A stretch of DNA of 64,000 bases, taken from Octopus vulgaris (lineage: Eukaryota). This document shows, piece after piece, positions 1 to 12,066 of the stretch. Both the position numbers and the translations under genes were made by a program. The notes beneath the pieces were generated by a model that worked only from the letters and a program-made list of their open reading frames with translations, was not told the origin of the DNA and searched no databases. Where the stretch lies: the NCBI GenBank assembly GCA_951406725.2, contig OX597819.1, positions 12,958,001-13,022,000 on the forward strand, written 5' to 3'. Position 1 is the stretch's first letter, and every line of letters begins with the position of its first letter.

Positions 1-169
1 ATGCCCATTGCCACAATAATTCTGCATTTTTACAGTTACAATTTCTCCATGACAGTAGATAAATTTTTTTCCACAACGTATTTGTAGTGGATTCAATCCT
101 CGATTGCCAAATTTCACATAACACTTCAACAGTGCTTTTCTCACAGTAAAACAATAGTTTTTCTGTGAA

Positions 170-325
170 CTACAACCTCTCACACCAACCTCCAAAAACC
201 TCTCTCAGCAACCTCCAACAACCCCTCTAGAAAACTTCTAATGACCTCTCTAACCAACCTCCAACAATCTTTTTTACCAACCTCCAAAAAACTCCCTCAC
301 CAACCTCCAACAATCTCTCCCTCCT
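170..325. repeat. Degenerate ~21-bp C/A-rich minisatellite (ACCAACCTCCAACAATCTCTC-like)
   Basis: ccaacctccaa recurs at roughly 21-bp intervals. Confidence 0.7.
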
Positions 326-464
326 CCAGCTGACAGTTATTGTACTTTTTCATGATGGAAAATACACATTTTGTGGCAGTTATAATGAAATTGCTTTCTT
401 ATATCAGAGTAATAAGGCGCTTCAATAGAATATCTTTACCCCCAGGAATTACTGGGTACATCAG

Positions 465-708
465 CTACAGTTCTATATCTAAGAGATGAGGAATTAGGTA
501 CATTATTTATACTATTTACATTATTTATATTTGACGGATATTTCTCCTCATCTTGTTTGTTGTTAACACAATGTTTCGGCTGATATACCCTCCACCCTTG
601 GGTGTCTTGGGGAAATTTTGAACCTGGGTTCTCATTCGTAAGGTATTTTTTGATGTTGTTGTTATTATTATTATTATTATTATTATTAAGGTCACTGCCT
701 CGAATTGC
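465..708 (-). mobile_element. Truncated copy of the tRNA-headed, hammerhead-tailed SINE-like family seen at 10039-10536
   Basis: Shares gacggatatt..cctcatcttg..gttaacacaa..ggctgatataccctcc..gtgtcttggggaaattt..ggtcactgcc with 10050-10200. The CTGATGA core is deleted in this copy. Confidence 0.8.
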
Positions 709-875
709 ACATATCGTCAGCCACTAAGGGACATGCTCAACTGGTTAAAGTCAAACAACTGACAAGCAAATCTGTGGTATTGAGCAGAATATTTGCTGTA
801 GCCCATCTTTTATACCAAGACAAAACAATGTACATGATGACACTTCCAATCAGTTAAGATCAAAAGCCATGACAG
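706..875 (-). mobile_element. Fragment of interspersed repeat family E (longer copy at 22650-23190)
   Basis: gcacatatcgtcagccactaagggacatgctcaactgg... is near-identical to 23010-23175. Confidence 0.8.
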
Positions 876-939
876 TCTCTATTATCATCATCATCATCAT
901 CATCATCAATTTGCTAGTGCATGCTAATTTAGTTGGCAG

Positions 940-1290
940 GTATTTTATCCTGAGGTGTGGTAATGAGTCTCCTCAAATCACAAGAATCTTTCTAAGGATT
1001 CTTGCATAATATAGAATGGTACATTCTTGCAGGTCATCAATATACACCTCAGTTCCAATCTCTTTCAGTCTCTTAGGCAGCATTTCGAGTGTTGTGCCAA
1101 GTGCGCCAATTACCACAAGAATAATTGGTGTCTTGGTCTTCCACAGTCTCCACAGTTCTCTTATTAGGCCCTGATATTTCTCAGTTTTTCCAATTTCTTT
1201 GCTATTGACTCTGCTACCACAGGGAATTGTAAAATCTATGAACTCACACTGTTTGCTTATTTTGTCCCCTATAATCATATCTGGTCATCA
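940..1290 (-). mobile_element. Dong/R4-clade non-LTR retrotransposon 3' remnant (RLE endonuclease C-terminus)
   Basis: ORF 973..1278 has IDFTIP..EKYQGL..ELWRLWK..VVIGALG..ARILRKIL. Sits among TAA/CAT microsatellites. Confidence 0.85.
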
Positions 1291-1342
1291 TCATCCTCAT
1301 CATCATCATCATCTTCTTCTTCTTCTTTTTCTTCTTCTCCTC

Positions 1343-1426
<84 letters not shown>

Positions 1427-1639
1427 GATCCATGCAGGAAGTGCAAACAATTGTTTTGACTTGTACGTCACACATATTGAGATTCAATATCAGAACAATG
1501 ACCACCCATATATTTTAATTTTTTATGTTTATTTTAATAGCCTATCAATGTATACAAGTGAGTTTCTTTGCCCTAGGCATTGAGAAGACACTTGGTAAGA
1601 AATGGAAACAAAATTGAAAGAAGTAAAACTAATAATGAT

Positions 1640-2220
1640 ACCTACAAGGTTTTAGAGCATTGAATGCCGGACATAATAACCTTTATGAGGGACAAAAAAG
1701 AGTGCCTAATAATTGACGTGGCAGTACCAGGAGATCAACATATCTTACTTTTCTTTTATCTTTTATCTTTTACTTGTTTCAGTCATTTGACTGCGGCCAT
1801 GCTGGAGCACCGCCTTTAGTCGAGCAAATCGACCCCAGGACTTATTCTTTGTAAGCCCAGTACTTATTCTATCGATCTCTTTTTGCCGAACCGCTAAGTG
1901 AAAGAAAGAGAAAAGGTTGATAAATATGGAGACCTGAGAATTGAGATCGCTAAGATGTGGCAGCTACGAGAGTCGAACATAAAGGTTGTCATTGGAACAT
2001 TGGGTTCAATACTAGCTGATCTGAAAAAACATCTGAAAACTTTCGAAATGCCCCACAATCTAAATATATTGCAAAAGTTGGCATTATTTGGAACTGCACA
2101 CATATTGCGTAAAGTACTGTCTGTTTGAGGTCCTTGTTGTGACTTGACAAACAGTACAAACCCCTGGTAAACACAATATCTTCAATCAACAACCTCACGA
2201 TATTGTATGCTGTGTGATTT
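1640..2220 (+). mobile_element. Dong/R4-clade RLE remnant interrupted by a SINE-A fragment
   Basis: PDIIT..CLIIDVAVPGDQ near 1665-1740 continues as KEREKVDKYGDLRIEIAKMW..VIGTLG..FGTAHILRKVLSV (1898-2128), then a TAA tail. Confidence 0.85.
1750..1899 (-). mobile_element. SINE-A, 3' half
   Basis: ttttacttgtttcagtcatttgactgcggccatgctggagcacc... is the reverse complement of the SINE-A tail. Confidence 0.9.
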
Positions 2221-2267
2221 CTATAATAATAATGATGATGATAATAATAACAATAATAATAATAATA

Positions 2268-2500
2268 ATTGCAAGAAGTGCAAAAGATTGTCTTAACTGG
2301 TACATCACACGTATTGAGAAGAGCATTGTCGATGTGAGAACTATTACTACCCATGTATCTTGATTTAACTTTAAAAAAAAAAAAATGAACTAATGAGTTT
2401 AGTTTAATGGCCTACCAATGTATACTATGAGTTTCTTTGCCCTAGGAGTCGGGAAGACACTCGGCAAGAAATGGAAGCAAATTTGAAAGAAGAAGAAAAA
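2268..2500 (+). mobile_element. Dong/R4 extreme 3' end and UTR (related UTR piece at ~1540-1630)
   Basis: LQEVQKIVLTGTSHVLRRALSM* followed by gagtttctttgccctagg..gaagacact..aagaaatgga, flanked by TAA arrays. Confidence 0.75.
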
Positions 2501-2537
2501 AAAGATAATAATAATAATAATAATAATTATAATAATA

Positions 2538-2575
<38 letters not shown>

Positions 2576-2969
2576 CATTATTATTATTATTATTATTTTG
2601 ATTAGATTAATTTTGGGATGTTACTTACACATATATTTATTCATTCCAGAGAAGATTTGATTATCAAGAGTTGTTTCTCAATCTATTTTCAAAACTAAAC
2701 TAACATATTTGATGGCATAAAACATGCATGAGTGTATTAGATGCATTCCAATTTCAAAAGTGCACATCCAAGAACAAAAAGGGTTTTACGGGAATCTCAA
2801 CTTGGCATATAGGACCTGGCATGATTTTCGAGACATTTTTTGTAAAGAGTGTGTCATATATACCACTGGAAATCTTCATCTCAACAAATGTGTCAAGATA
2901 TCTTATGATTTAATTTCACAATGTGGAGGGAAATACTTCAACTGTTTATCACATAACATTTGAAGATTA

Positions 2970-3297
2970 CTCCTACCCTTTTCTTTATACCCCTGTCCCT
3001 TACGTTAGACCCCCTACCCCTTTCTTTAAATCCCTACCCTTTCTTCAGACTCCTATGCCTTTCTTTAAATCTCCACCCTTTTCTTCAGACCCCGTACCCC
3101 TTACTTTAAACCCCCCACCCCTCTCTCTAAACCCCTACCCCTTTCTTCACACCCCTACCCCTTACTTTAAACCCCTGCCCCTTACTTCAAACCCCTATCC
3201 CTTTCTTTAGACCCCTACCCATTTCTTCAGACCCCTACCCATTTCTTCAGATCCCTACCCATTTCTTCAGATCTCTACCCCTTCTTTAGACCCCTTT
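2970..3297. repeat. ~20-bp minisatellite (ACCCCTACCCCTTTCTTCAG-like), about 15 units
   Basis: Direct tandem repetition. Confidence 0.9.
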
Positions 3298-3609
3298 ACA
3301 CCTGACAGATTCAACTAAAGTAATCAGCTTTATTTATTATCGTCTCCTTTTGTGGGTTATTTATCATCTTGCGTGAGATAGAGTTGAGAGGAATTTGGGT
3401 TATGTAGCTAACAATATTTTGGTAATATGTAGGTGGGTGACCCTGATATAACATTTGAGAGGAAAAACCACAAAATATGACCTTAAATCTTTTCAATGCA
3501 TCCACTTGTCACACTTCCCTAAATTCCAAATATCAAATATGGTGAATGAATGTTATTTCTAGATATCATAAACTACTTTAAAGCGTTTTTTTTTTTTTTT
3601 GTCACATAC

Positions 3610-3850
3610 ATGGGTTAGCTGTTAGAGTGTTGTACTCTCAATCATAATATTGTAGTTTCAATTCCTGAGCCAGGCAGTGCATCATGTTCTTGAACAAACC
3701 ACTTAATTTTTGTTACTCCTGTTCTCTCAGCTATAAATAAGTCCCAGCAATAACTGGAAAGTTAACCCTGCTCCAGACTGTCATCTCATTTTTAGGGGTG
3801 GGGTTCATAATCTCAGTCACTTAATCACCATGGAAACCTGGTTACTCTAG
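3610..3850 (+). mobile_element. Degenerate tRNA-headed SINE (family F, cf. 51176-51515)
   Basis: gttagagtgttgtactctcaatc..tttcaattcc..gttcttgaacaaaccactt resembles the 51176 copy. Confidence 0.5.
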
Positions 3851-3950
3851 CCTTAAAAGTCCTTATTTTGGAAATTATGATAAATCTTTCAGAAAGTCAG
3901 GAATTGCTGAAAAAAAAAGCATATTTATCCTTTTCTATTCACTTGCAATA

Positions 3951-4345
3951 CTCTCTTACTCTTTTACTTGTTTCAGTCATTTGACTGCGGCCAGGCTGGA
4001 GCACCACCTTTAATCGAGCAACTCGACCCTGGGACTTATTCTTTTGTAAGCCCAGTACTTATTCTATCGGTCTCTTTTGCCGAACCGCTAAGTAACGGGG
4101 ACATAAACACACCAGCATCGGTTGTCAAGCAATGCTAGAGGGACAAACACACACACGCATATATATATATACATACATATATACAACGGGCTTCTTTCAG
4201 TTTCCGTCTACCAAATCCACTCACAAGGCTTTGGTCAGCCCGAGGCTATAGTAGAAGACACTTACCCAAGGTGCCACGCAGTGGGACTGAACCCGGAACC
4301 ATGTGATTGGTAAACAAGCTACTTACCACACAGCCACTCCTGCGC
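3951..4345 (-). mobile_element. SINE-A, full length
   Basis: Family consensus: tRNA-like head GGCGCAGGAGTGGCTGTGTGG (A box)..GGTTCAGTCCC (B box), internal (TA/TG)n, tail GACTGAAACAAGT(AAAAGAGT)n. gcaata on both flanks. Confidence 0.92.
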
Positions 4346-4536
4346 AATAATAAACATTTTAGTTTTTTTTAAAAACTATAATATCAAATGCAAATGTGTG
4401 TGAAATATCAATGAACGATGATAGATGGGAAATGCAAAGCAAAAAACCATTTTCAAAACAGTCAATATTTTTGTAGTTCAAAAATTGCGATTTATGACAT
4501 AAAATGTCCTTTAGAATTAATAATGACGAACTTTAA

Positions 4537-5121
4537 CCCCTTACCCGGCAGAAACGAATATATGCGTTTTGACCGAAATCGTTTTTTTCTATCTCTGGCG
4601 AGTTAACTCGTCAAAAGATAGACTCGCCAAAATCGACAGCAAACGAGTTCCTTTGTCTATTATAAACTCTTTTTTGACATATACGAGTATATTCGCTCAC
4701 TTTATATATCTCTGGTAGTGACGATTTCTGCCACCTTTCGCTTGAGTAAGGCATTGAAGACCGAGTATGATTTAGTCACCTGGAGACAGTCGAAGGGTTG
4801 GAAGGCACATTTTATGAATAGAAGTACTCACTTTGTTTTTACGTTGTTTTTTTATACCTTTATATTATAACTCCACCATGTCGATAACCAAATAAAATAA
4901 CATGATTTTTTGTAAAAGTAATATGATTTATGAAAAAAACGGGTTAACCTCGTTTCTGCCCAAAGCGGTAATTTAAAATCAATATTATTGAATTAAAATT
5001 CATAATAAATAAGGTTTGAAATATACCTCAAAATCACCATTCAAAACATAGTAAAATAAAACAATTAAAAAATATGTCTGAAAAAATACATTTATTTTCA
5101 AAATAATTGTTGGGTAAGGGG
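4537..5121. mobile_element. piggyBac-type non-autonomous element (MITE)
   Basis: Ends TTAA|CCCCTTACCC ... GGGTAAGGGG|TTAA; 20-bp flanking duplication (see findings). Confidence 0.85.
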
Positions 5122-5289
5122 TTAATAATGACGAACTTTAACTACTAAATATTGTTAAACACACCTCTACAAATGTGATGTCCATAAGTAATTCAATTTA
5201 GATACAAGGAACAACCAGCAGTGAGACTATCTTTAGCAGATCCCCAAATGGGGCCCATGGCAGGCAATGGGTTAAAGATACAGTGGCCA

Positions 5290-5680
5290 ATGCTGATGAT
5301 GTAAAAAGCACCTTTGCAGCGTTGGGCCTCACAGAAGCAAAGTGGCCGATGTCGGTGGCACACGAACAGCTCCTTTCAAGTGTTGGGCTTCATGGAGGTA
5401 ATGACGAATGACCGAGACCTTGACATTATGTTGTGCTTGAGAAGAAGACCCATCAAGCCAAGTAAAATCACAGTCACGGCAGATACCAGTGTCACACAAA
5501 TGGCACCCATGCCGGTGGCACGTAAAAATACCCATTACGCTTTCGGAGTGGTTGGCGTTATGAAGGGCATCCAGCTGTAGAAACCATGCTAAAACCATGG
5601 TGCAGCCTTCCAGCGTGCCAGCCCCGGTCAAGCCGTCCAACTCATACCAACATGGAGAATGGATGTTAAATGATGATGAC
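5290..5680 (+). mobile_element. RTE LINE 3' UTR fragment (family B)
   Basis: gccggtggcacgtaaaaa subunits, ggagtggttggcgtta..gggcatccagctgtagaaac, (GAT)n tail. The same UTR is attached to an RTE ORF at 51950-52860. Confidence 0.85.
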
Positions 5681-5690
5681 ACTTGTAAAC

Positions 5691-6078
5691 GTGTGGTAAG
5701 TAGCTTGTTTACCAACCACATGGTTCCGGGTTCAGTCCCATTGCATGGCACGTTGGGCAAGTGTCTTCTACTATAGCCTCGGGCCGACCAAAGCCTTGTG
5801 AGTGGATTTGGTAGACGGAAACTGAAAGAAGCCCATCGTATATATGTATATATATGCGTGTGTGTGTTTGTGTGTCTGTGTTTGTCCCCCTAGCATTGCT
5901 TGACAACCGATACTGGTGTGTTTATGTCCCCGTTACTTAGCGGTTCGGCAAAAGAGTCCGATAGAGTAAGTACTGGGCTTACAAAAGAATAAGTCCCGGG
6001 GTCGAGTTGCTCGATTAAAGGTGGTGCTCCAGCATGGCCGCAGTCAAATGACTGAAACAAGTAAAAGAGTAAAGAGAG
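5691..6078 (+). mobile_element. SINE-A
   Basis: Matches family consensus, slightly 5' clipped. Confidence 0.92.
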
Positions 6079-6226
6079 TATATCAATGCTGGTTAATAAA
6101 ATATCCAGAAACTTAAATCTTACGGAACCATTTTCTACACATGCACCTTTCCTAACTTGTAAAAAACTCAAGAAGAATATATGATGAACCACAATACTAA
6201 AAACTGGTTTGCATTATACTAAACAT

Positions 6227-6625
6227 AGGTGCAGGAGTGGCTGTGTGGTAAGTAGCTTGCTTACCAACCACATGGTTCCGGGTTCAGTCCCACTGCGTGG
6301 CATCTTGGGCAAGTGTCTTCTGCTATAGCCCCGGGCCGACCAATGCCTTGTGAGTGGATTTGGTAGACGGAAACTGAAAGAAGCCTGTCGTATATATGTA
6401 TATATATATATGTATGTGTGTTTGTTTGTGTGTGTGTGTGTCCCTAGCATTGCTTGACAATGCTGGTGTGTTTACGTCCCCGTCACTTAGCGGTTCGGCA
6501 ATTGAGACCGATAGAATAAGTACTGGGCTTACAAAGAATAAGTCCCGGGGTCGATTTGCTCGACTAAAGGCGGTGCTCCAGCATGGCCGCAGTCAAATGA
6601 CTGAAACAAGTAAAAAAAAAAAAAA
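6227..6625 (+). mobile_element. SINE-A
   Basis: Full head and tail. Confidence 0.92.
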
Positions 6626-6916
6626 TTGTATATCTAGAGGCTAATGTTTTCTCTGAAGGTAAAAATGAGTAACTCAGATCTCTGATAAAGAACTAAAAAC
6701 ATTGAAACAAGCCTGAATGACCTGTTTTTCTAACCACAGAGAAAAAAAACCTTGTGATGGAACCATCTTCTTTTCACAGCAAGAAACACATCTTTTCATC
6801 CAAGATGAAGACCATCATCCGATGTGGCAGACTTGACAATTGCTTAAGATTCCTCACAGCATGAAACCAATGGTAGCCGTGTTAACCCACAAATAAAATA
6901 TATTTACATACACATG

Positions 6917-6957
<41 letters not shown>

Positions 6958-7358
6958 TGCACACATATTTATATATGCTCACCACCTTCTGCTGTTTTGC
7001 CACCCCCACTTCACTATGTTGTACCTCTCTACTTTCCAATTTATTCCTTAATCTGTTACTTTAACTCTATTTCTTTCTGAAATTGTACAAGGAATGTCTC
7101 TAACTGTCTTCCTCTCCAAATTTTTTATCATATTGCTCTTCATGTTTGCTTATCTCTTTCCCAACTAAATCACTCCTTCAGCTCCGGTTTTAGCCCAAAT
7201 TATTTTCAGATAAAGGGCCAAAACAGTGAAACATTATATTCCACAATCTTCAGGGCAAATTTTTTTTTTTTTTTTAACTTGCTGAGCCTTTATTGACTGA
7301 TTTCTTTGATGCAAGCCGTGAGTGGTGTTCTCATATTCTCAATTTTACCCCCCCTCCC

Positions 7359-7400
<42 letters not shown>

Positions 7401-7403
<3 letters not shown>

Positions 7404-7605
7404 GACAAATACATAACAAAAACACCAGGACTTACAAACACATATAACATACAGAAAATTGCACTACTAGGCACTGCACACATCCTACGCAGAACACTTT
7501 CCATACAATAACCATCAGAGCATCACAATAAATCACAGCACATACCTAAGGCACACAGAGCTGCGCTTGGTAATGAAGTGAAAGCACGTTATAAAAATAA
7601 GACTA

Positions 7606-7610
<5 letters not shown>
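7401..7610 (+). mobile_element. Dong/R4 3' end in a (TAA)n array
   Basis: DKYITKTPG..IQKIALLGTAHILRRTLSIQ* with TAA repeats on both sides. Confidence 0.85.
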
Positions 7611-7655
<45 letters not shown>

Positions 7656-7734
7656 TAATGATAATAATAATAATAATAATCTGTTTCCAAGCTGGCAGGG
7701 ATTGGATAGTTTGAAGAGATCCAACAAGCTAGAG

Positions 7735-8615
7735 CAGGGGGGGTCACCAAACTTTTTTTCATGGCAGGCCAAATAACTGAGAGAATGGTGAGCAAGGGGC
7801 CACAGAACCATTTTGCTCAATTCTATACAATAGTGAATACACAAAAAATAAAGACAACCAACATATTTATTAACTCAAAAGTTATCAAAGAAGGCAACGT
7901 TAGCAATAAGATAGTTATAGCACACCCAGCACGCACATATCCGAATCTCACAAACTAAACAGTAAAATTGGTGTCTAGCTTTTAAGATATTAATATTTGC
8001 TTTGGAATTGCTGCATTCAACAAAGAGAATTGCTTTCAAATGTCCATCAATCAATCTTTTTCGATGTGCTGACTTTACATACTTCATCATCATCATCATC
8101 ATCATCGTTTAACGTCCGTTCTCCATGCTGGCATGGGTTGGACGGTTCGACCGGGGATCTGGGAAGCCAGAAGGCTGCACCAGGCTCCAGTCTTATCTGG
8201 CAGTGTTTCTACAGCTGGATGCCCTTCCTAACGCCAACCACTCTGTGAGTGTAGTGGGTGCTTTTTACATGCCACCTGCACAGGTGCCAGACGAGGCTGA
8301 CAACGACCACGGTCGGATTGGTGCTTTTTACGTGCCACCGGCACGGAAGCCAGTCGAGGCGGCACTGGCATCAGCCACGATTCGGATAGTGCTTTTACGT
8401 ACCACCAGTCCAGGGGTCCTGGCATCTGCCGGGTGCCAGTCATTTTTAATAATGTTTGCTCACAGACATAAGTTGTTCCAAATACTGATGCCACACCAGA
8501 CGCAAATGAATTCTCATTGCAGGTACTTACACAAATGGTACAGTATGGCAGCGGGCTAGATGAATTGACCTTGCGGGCCGGATTCGGTCTGTAGGCCATA
8601 GTTTGGTGAGCCCTG
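7735..8615. mobile_element. hAT-type non-autonomous element with a nested RTE 3' UTR
   Basis: TIR CAGGGG..GTCACCAAACT / AGTTTGGTGAGCCCTG; 8-bp TSD AGCTAGAG at 7727-7734 and 8616-8623. Confidence 0.85.
8083..8445 (-). mobile_element. RTE 3' UTR fragment (family B)
   Basis: (CAT)n-cgtttaacgtccg..ccatgctggcatgggttggacgg consensus. Confidence 0.88.
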
Positions 8616-9408
8616 AGCTAGAGGAATGTGCCAAGCTCTAATGTCCGCTTTGGCATGGTTTTTACAGCCAGATGTCTATCCTAATGCCAACCATTTTACA
8701 GCTCTAGCTCAAGTGAGGATACCAAATAACTTACAAGACAATACCCCTTAACTGAATGGAGGCGGTGGGGCAGTATAGGGGGGAGGTGGCTTTGTGCCAG
8801 TTGATGAGAGGCTAAAGTATGATAGACAGACTGAAATAGGTGTCTTGCTGTAGAGGAAACACATGGTTGCCCCAGCTAGAAAGGGATAAAAAAAATAGTG
8901 CTGATCTATTAGGGCAAACCCTCAAGGTACAAGAAGATGAATATAAGAAAGAATAGGGTCAGAGGATTGGAAAGAAAGGAGAAAGACAGATGGTTTGAGA
9001 CGGAGACAGAGGGGAATGCAGTAAATGGGGAACAATAATTAAATATTATATTATTCATATAATATCTCTTAATTAATATACTATGAATAATATTTTGTTT
9101 TTGGATTTGGTTTGCAAGATTCTTTATATGAGTTTGTGTGTTGAAGCATATTTTGTTGTGTCTGGGGAGAGTCATTTTCTTTTTGTACCTTATAATGTAA
9201 CACACTCATCGGTGAGTGTGTTACATTAATTAATTAAGAGATATTTTAATGAAGTGGTTCATATTTTCTTGTTGAATTCTGGAAGTTTTATAAAGAGTCC
9301 ATAGTTGATTATTTTTTGTACTTTAAGCAAAGGTCATTGTTAAAATTTTTGTTAGCTCACAACTGCATGCGTGAGTGTGTGTTGCTGTGACTAAGTGTGA
9401 GAGAGAGG

Positions 9409-9444
<36 letters not shown>

Positions 9445-9487
9445 TGGGGGAGAGAGAAAGCAAGAGTGAGATAAAGAGAGAGAGATA

Positions 9488-9526
<39 letters not shown>

Positions 9527-10038
9527 GGGGAAGAGGGAGCGGTGTGTGCATGCGTGTGTGTTTGTGTGTAAATGTTGAATGTCTGGCTGCAATCATATCG
9601 ATGGGTGTTTCTTTATTTTTTAGCAGGTAAAAAAGAAAATCTGATAAGAATTGTATAAAAGTTAATAGAGCTATTATTTAGAGGAGACAGGCATCAAGCC
9701 TTCATTACAATTGTGGCTAAAATCCTTTCACTTACATGTGAAATGATCCCTTTTAAATTACCTACCTTCCTACCATCCCCCGCACCCCATCATCACTACA
9801 ATCCTTAAAGTATAGAGAAGTCATCATGCTGGGGGTATATCTGGAAATCAGAGACTAATATGCTATTCCTGGCATCACCACTCGTTACAATAGGTATCAC
9901 TGGTGTAATATTTCAAAGCAGACAGACTTTGGCTACTTCAGCCTATTGTTCATGGTCTGAGCTTTCATGCCTGTTCACTGGGTTACGGAACAGCAAACAG
10001 CAACGTTCATTGTTAAAGCTGAAACAGCAGTCAAATCT

Positions 10039-10152
10039 ACATTGTTTACATTTGACGGATATTTGTCCTCATCTTGGTTGTTGTTAACACAACATTTTGG
10101 CTGATATACTCTCCAGCCTTCATCAGGTGTCTTGGGGAAATTTCAAACCTGA

Positions 10153-10192
<40 letters not shown>

Positions 10193-10536
10193 TCACTGCC
10201 TGGAATCAAACTCAGAATTTTGGGGTTAGTAGCCCGCACTCTTAACCACTACACCATATGCCCGTGAGCGAAGTGGTTAAGAGAGCGAGCGACTAACTTC
10301 CAGATTCTGAGTTCGATTCCAGGCAGTGACCTGAATAATAATAATAATGATAATAATAACAACAACAACATCGAAAAATACCTTAGGAATGAGAACCCAG
10401 GTTCGAAATTTCCCCAAGACACCTGATGAAGGCTGGAGGGTATATCAGCTGAAACGTTGTGTTAACAACAAACAAGATGAAGACAAATATCTGTCAAATG
10501 TAAAGAATGTAGATGATTCCTCATTTCTTAAATATA
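10039..10536. mobile_element. Head-to-head inverted dimer of a tRNA-headed SINE-like element with a hammerhead-bearing tail
   Basis: Minus copy ~10039-10264 and plus copy ~10270-10536. A box TGGTGTAGTGG, B box GAGTTCGATTCC. 17-bp direct repeat AAACAGCAGTCAAATCT at 10022-10038 and 10537-10553. Confidence 0.8.
10418..10463 (+). ncRNA. Minimal type-I hammerhead ribozyme motif
   Basis: GACAC-CTGATGA-aGGCTG..CAGCT-GAAA-CG-TT-GTGTT: stems I and II pair, stem III is the palindrome AACGTT. Confidence 0.65.
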
Positions 10537-10583
10537 AAACAGCAGTCAAATCTCCCTCAAATCAAACAAGAAGGTCACAATCA

Positions 10584-10925
10584 CTAGTGTAGCTAGTGGG
10601 TGGCGGCAGCAGGGGCATTCCACCCTGGGCGACACTTTTAAAGGGGCGGCACTTTCCATTTTGTTGTAGGCTATAAGCCAGAATAAGTTATATTGGAATA
10701 ATATGGCATGCGATAATTTCCGATTTTATAAAAAGAAACTACTGAAAATGCAGGACTTTTGGGTCTGCTGTAGGCAATATGTGTTTTTGGTGGGGTCCAG
10801 GGGTGGCAAATGGAAGGGCCATCCTGGCAACACATACTCTAGCTACAATAGTGGTCACAAAGGATATTACAGGTTGCAACAGAAGACCATCCCATAAGTT
10901 CTTCTGCTGCATCCTGCCACTAGTG
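10584..10925. mobile_element. Unclassified interspersed repeat (second fragment at ~62790-62905)
   Basis: ggggca.tccaccctggg..ttttgggtctgctgtaggcaatatg..ggaagggc is shared between the two loci. Confidence 0.6.
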
Positions 10926-10960
10926 AAGTTAGGCAGATGGCAACAGTGTCTTCATGTAGC

Positions 10961-11160
10961 TCAGTGGTTCTCAAACCCCTTTTTTACCTATAGATCCCTT
11001 TGATCTCTACTTTACTCCAATAGACCCCTTATAGCCATTTCATGTTTAAAAAAATCTTAATATATTTTTATAATTAAATATTCTGTGTGTTTACTGATGA
11101 AACTTTTATCAAGAATGGTGAAGAGAAGGCTTTTTTTTTTCTGTGCTGCACCCTATAAAG
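10961..11160. mobile_element. Probable hAT-type MITE fragment
   Basis: Starts CAGTGGTTCTCAA, a typical hAT terminus. The other end was not identified. Confidence 0.4.
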
Positions 11161-11346
11161 TCCTAGATATCCCTAAAGAAATGGTTTGGTTACAGGTGGA
11201 ATACTTTCCTTGCTGGTTAGTCTGGGGCAGGAAGAGCTGTGCCCGTGGGTTTTGTAGCTGTCCCCTTTCTGTGACTGAGAATATTAATGTTGTTAATATT
11301 CATTCTTAAATACTTGCAGGAAAAACATGAGCAGGAAGGGAACTCC

Positions 11347-11379
<33 letters not shown>

Positions 11380-11668
11380 GAGAGAGAGAGACAGAGCGAG
11401 TGTGAAAGAGAGAGAGAGAGAAAATAGGCAGAGACAGAGAGGGTGTGACACAGGGAAACAGAATATACAGCAATAAAGACAGACAGTGAAAGAGAGAGGG
11501 GGAGAGGGAGAGGGAGGGCGAGCGAGAGAGAGGGAGGGTCTGCTATGTTTGTTAAAGGTATGAGCTGGCTGTAGGGCACATTGTTTGAGGGTGATGGCTG
11601 TTATATTGTCAAGACTGGTGGCCTTGTATGGGTTTTAAGTGATTGGAGGGCCTTTGACATTTAGCCAT

Positions 11669-12066
11669 GTGGTGGTTGTGGTGGCGGTTGTTGTGGTAGT
11701 TGTTGTGGTGGTGGTGATTGTAGTGGTGGTTGTGGTAGAGGTTGTGGAGGTGGCTGTGGAGGTTGTGGTTGTGATTGTGATTGTAGTGGTGGTTGTGGTG
11801 GTAGTGGTAGTTGTAGAGGTGGTTGTGGTGATGGTTGTGGGAGTGGTTGTGGTGGTGGCTGTGGAGGTTGTGGTTGTAGTGGTGTGATAGTGGTAGTTGT
11901 AGTGGTGGTTGTGGTGATGGTTGTGGCTGTGGAGGTTGTGGTTGTAGTGGTGGTGGTAGTGGTGGTTGTGGTGGTGGTTGTGGCTGTGGAGGTTGTGGGA
12001 GTGGTTGTAGTGGTAGTTGTGGCAGTTGTGGCAGTGGTGGTGGTGGTGATGGTGAGGATGGTGGAG
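11669..12066. repeat. Degenerate (GTG/GTT/GTA)n trinucleotide array
   Basis: Direct inspection. Confidence 0.95.
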
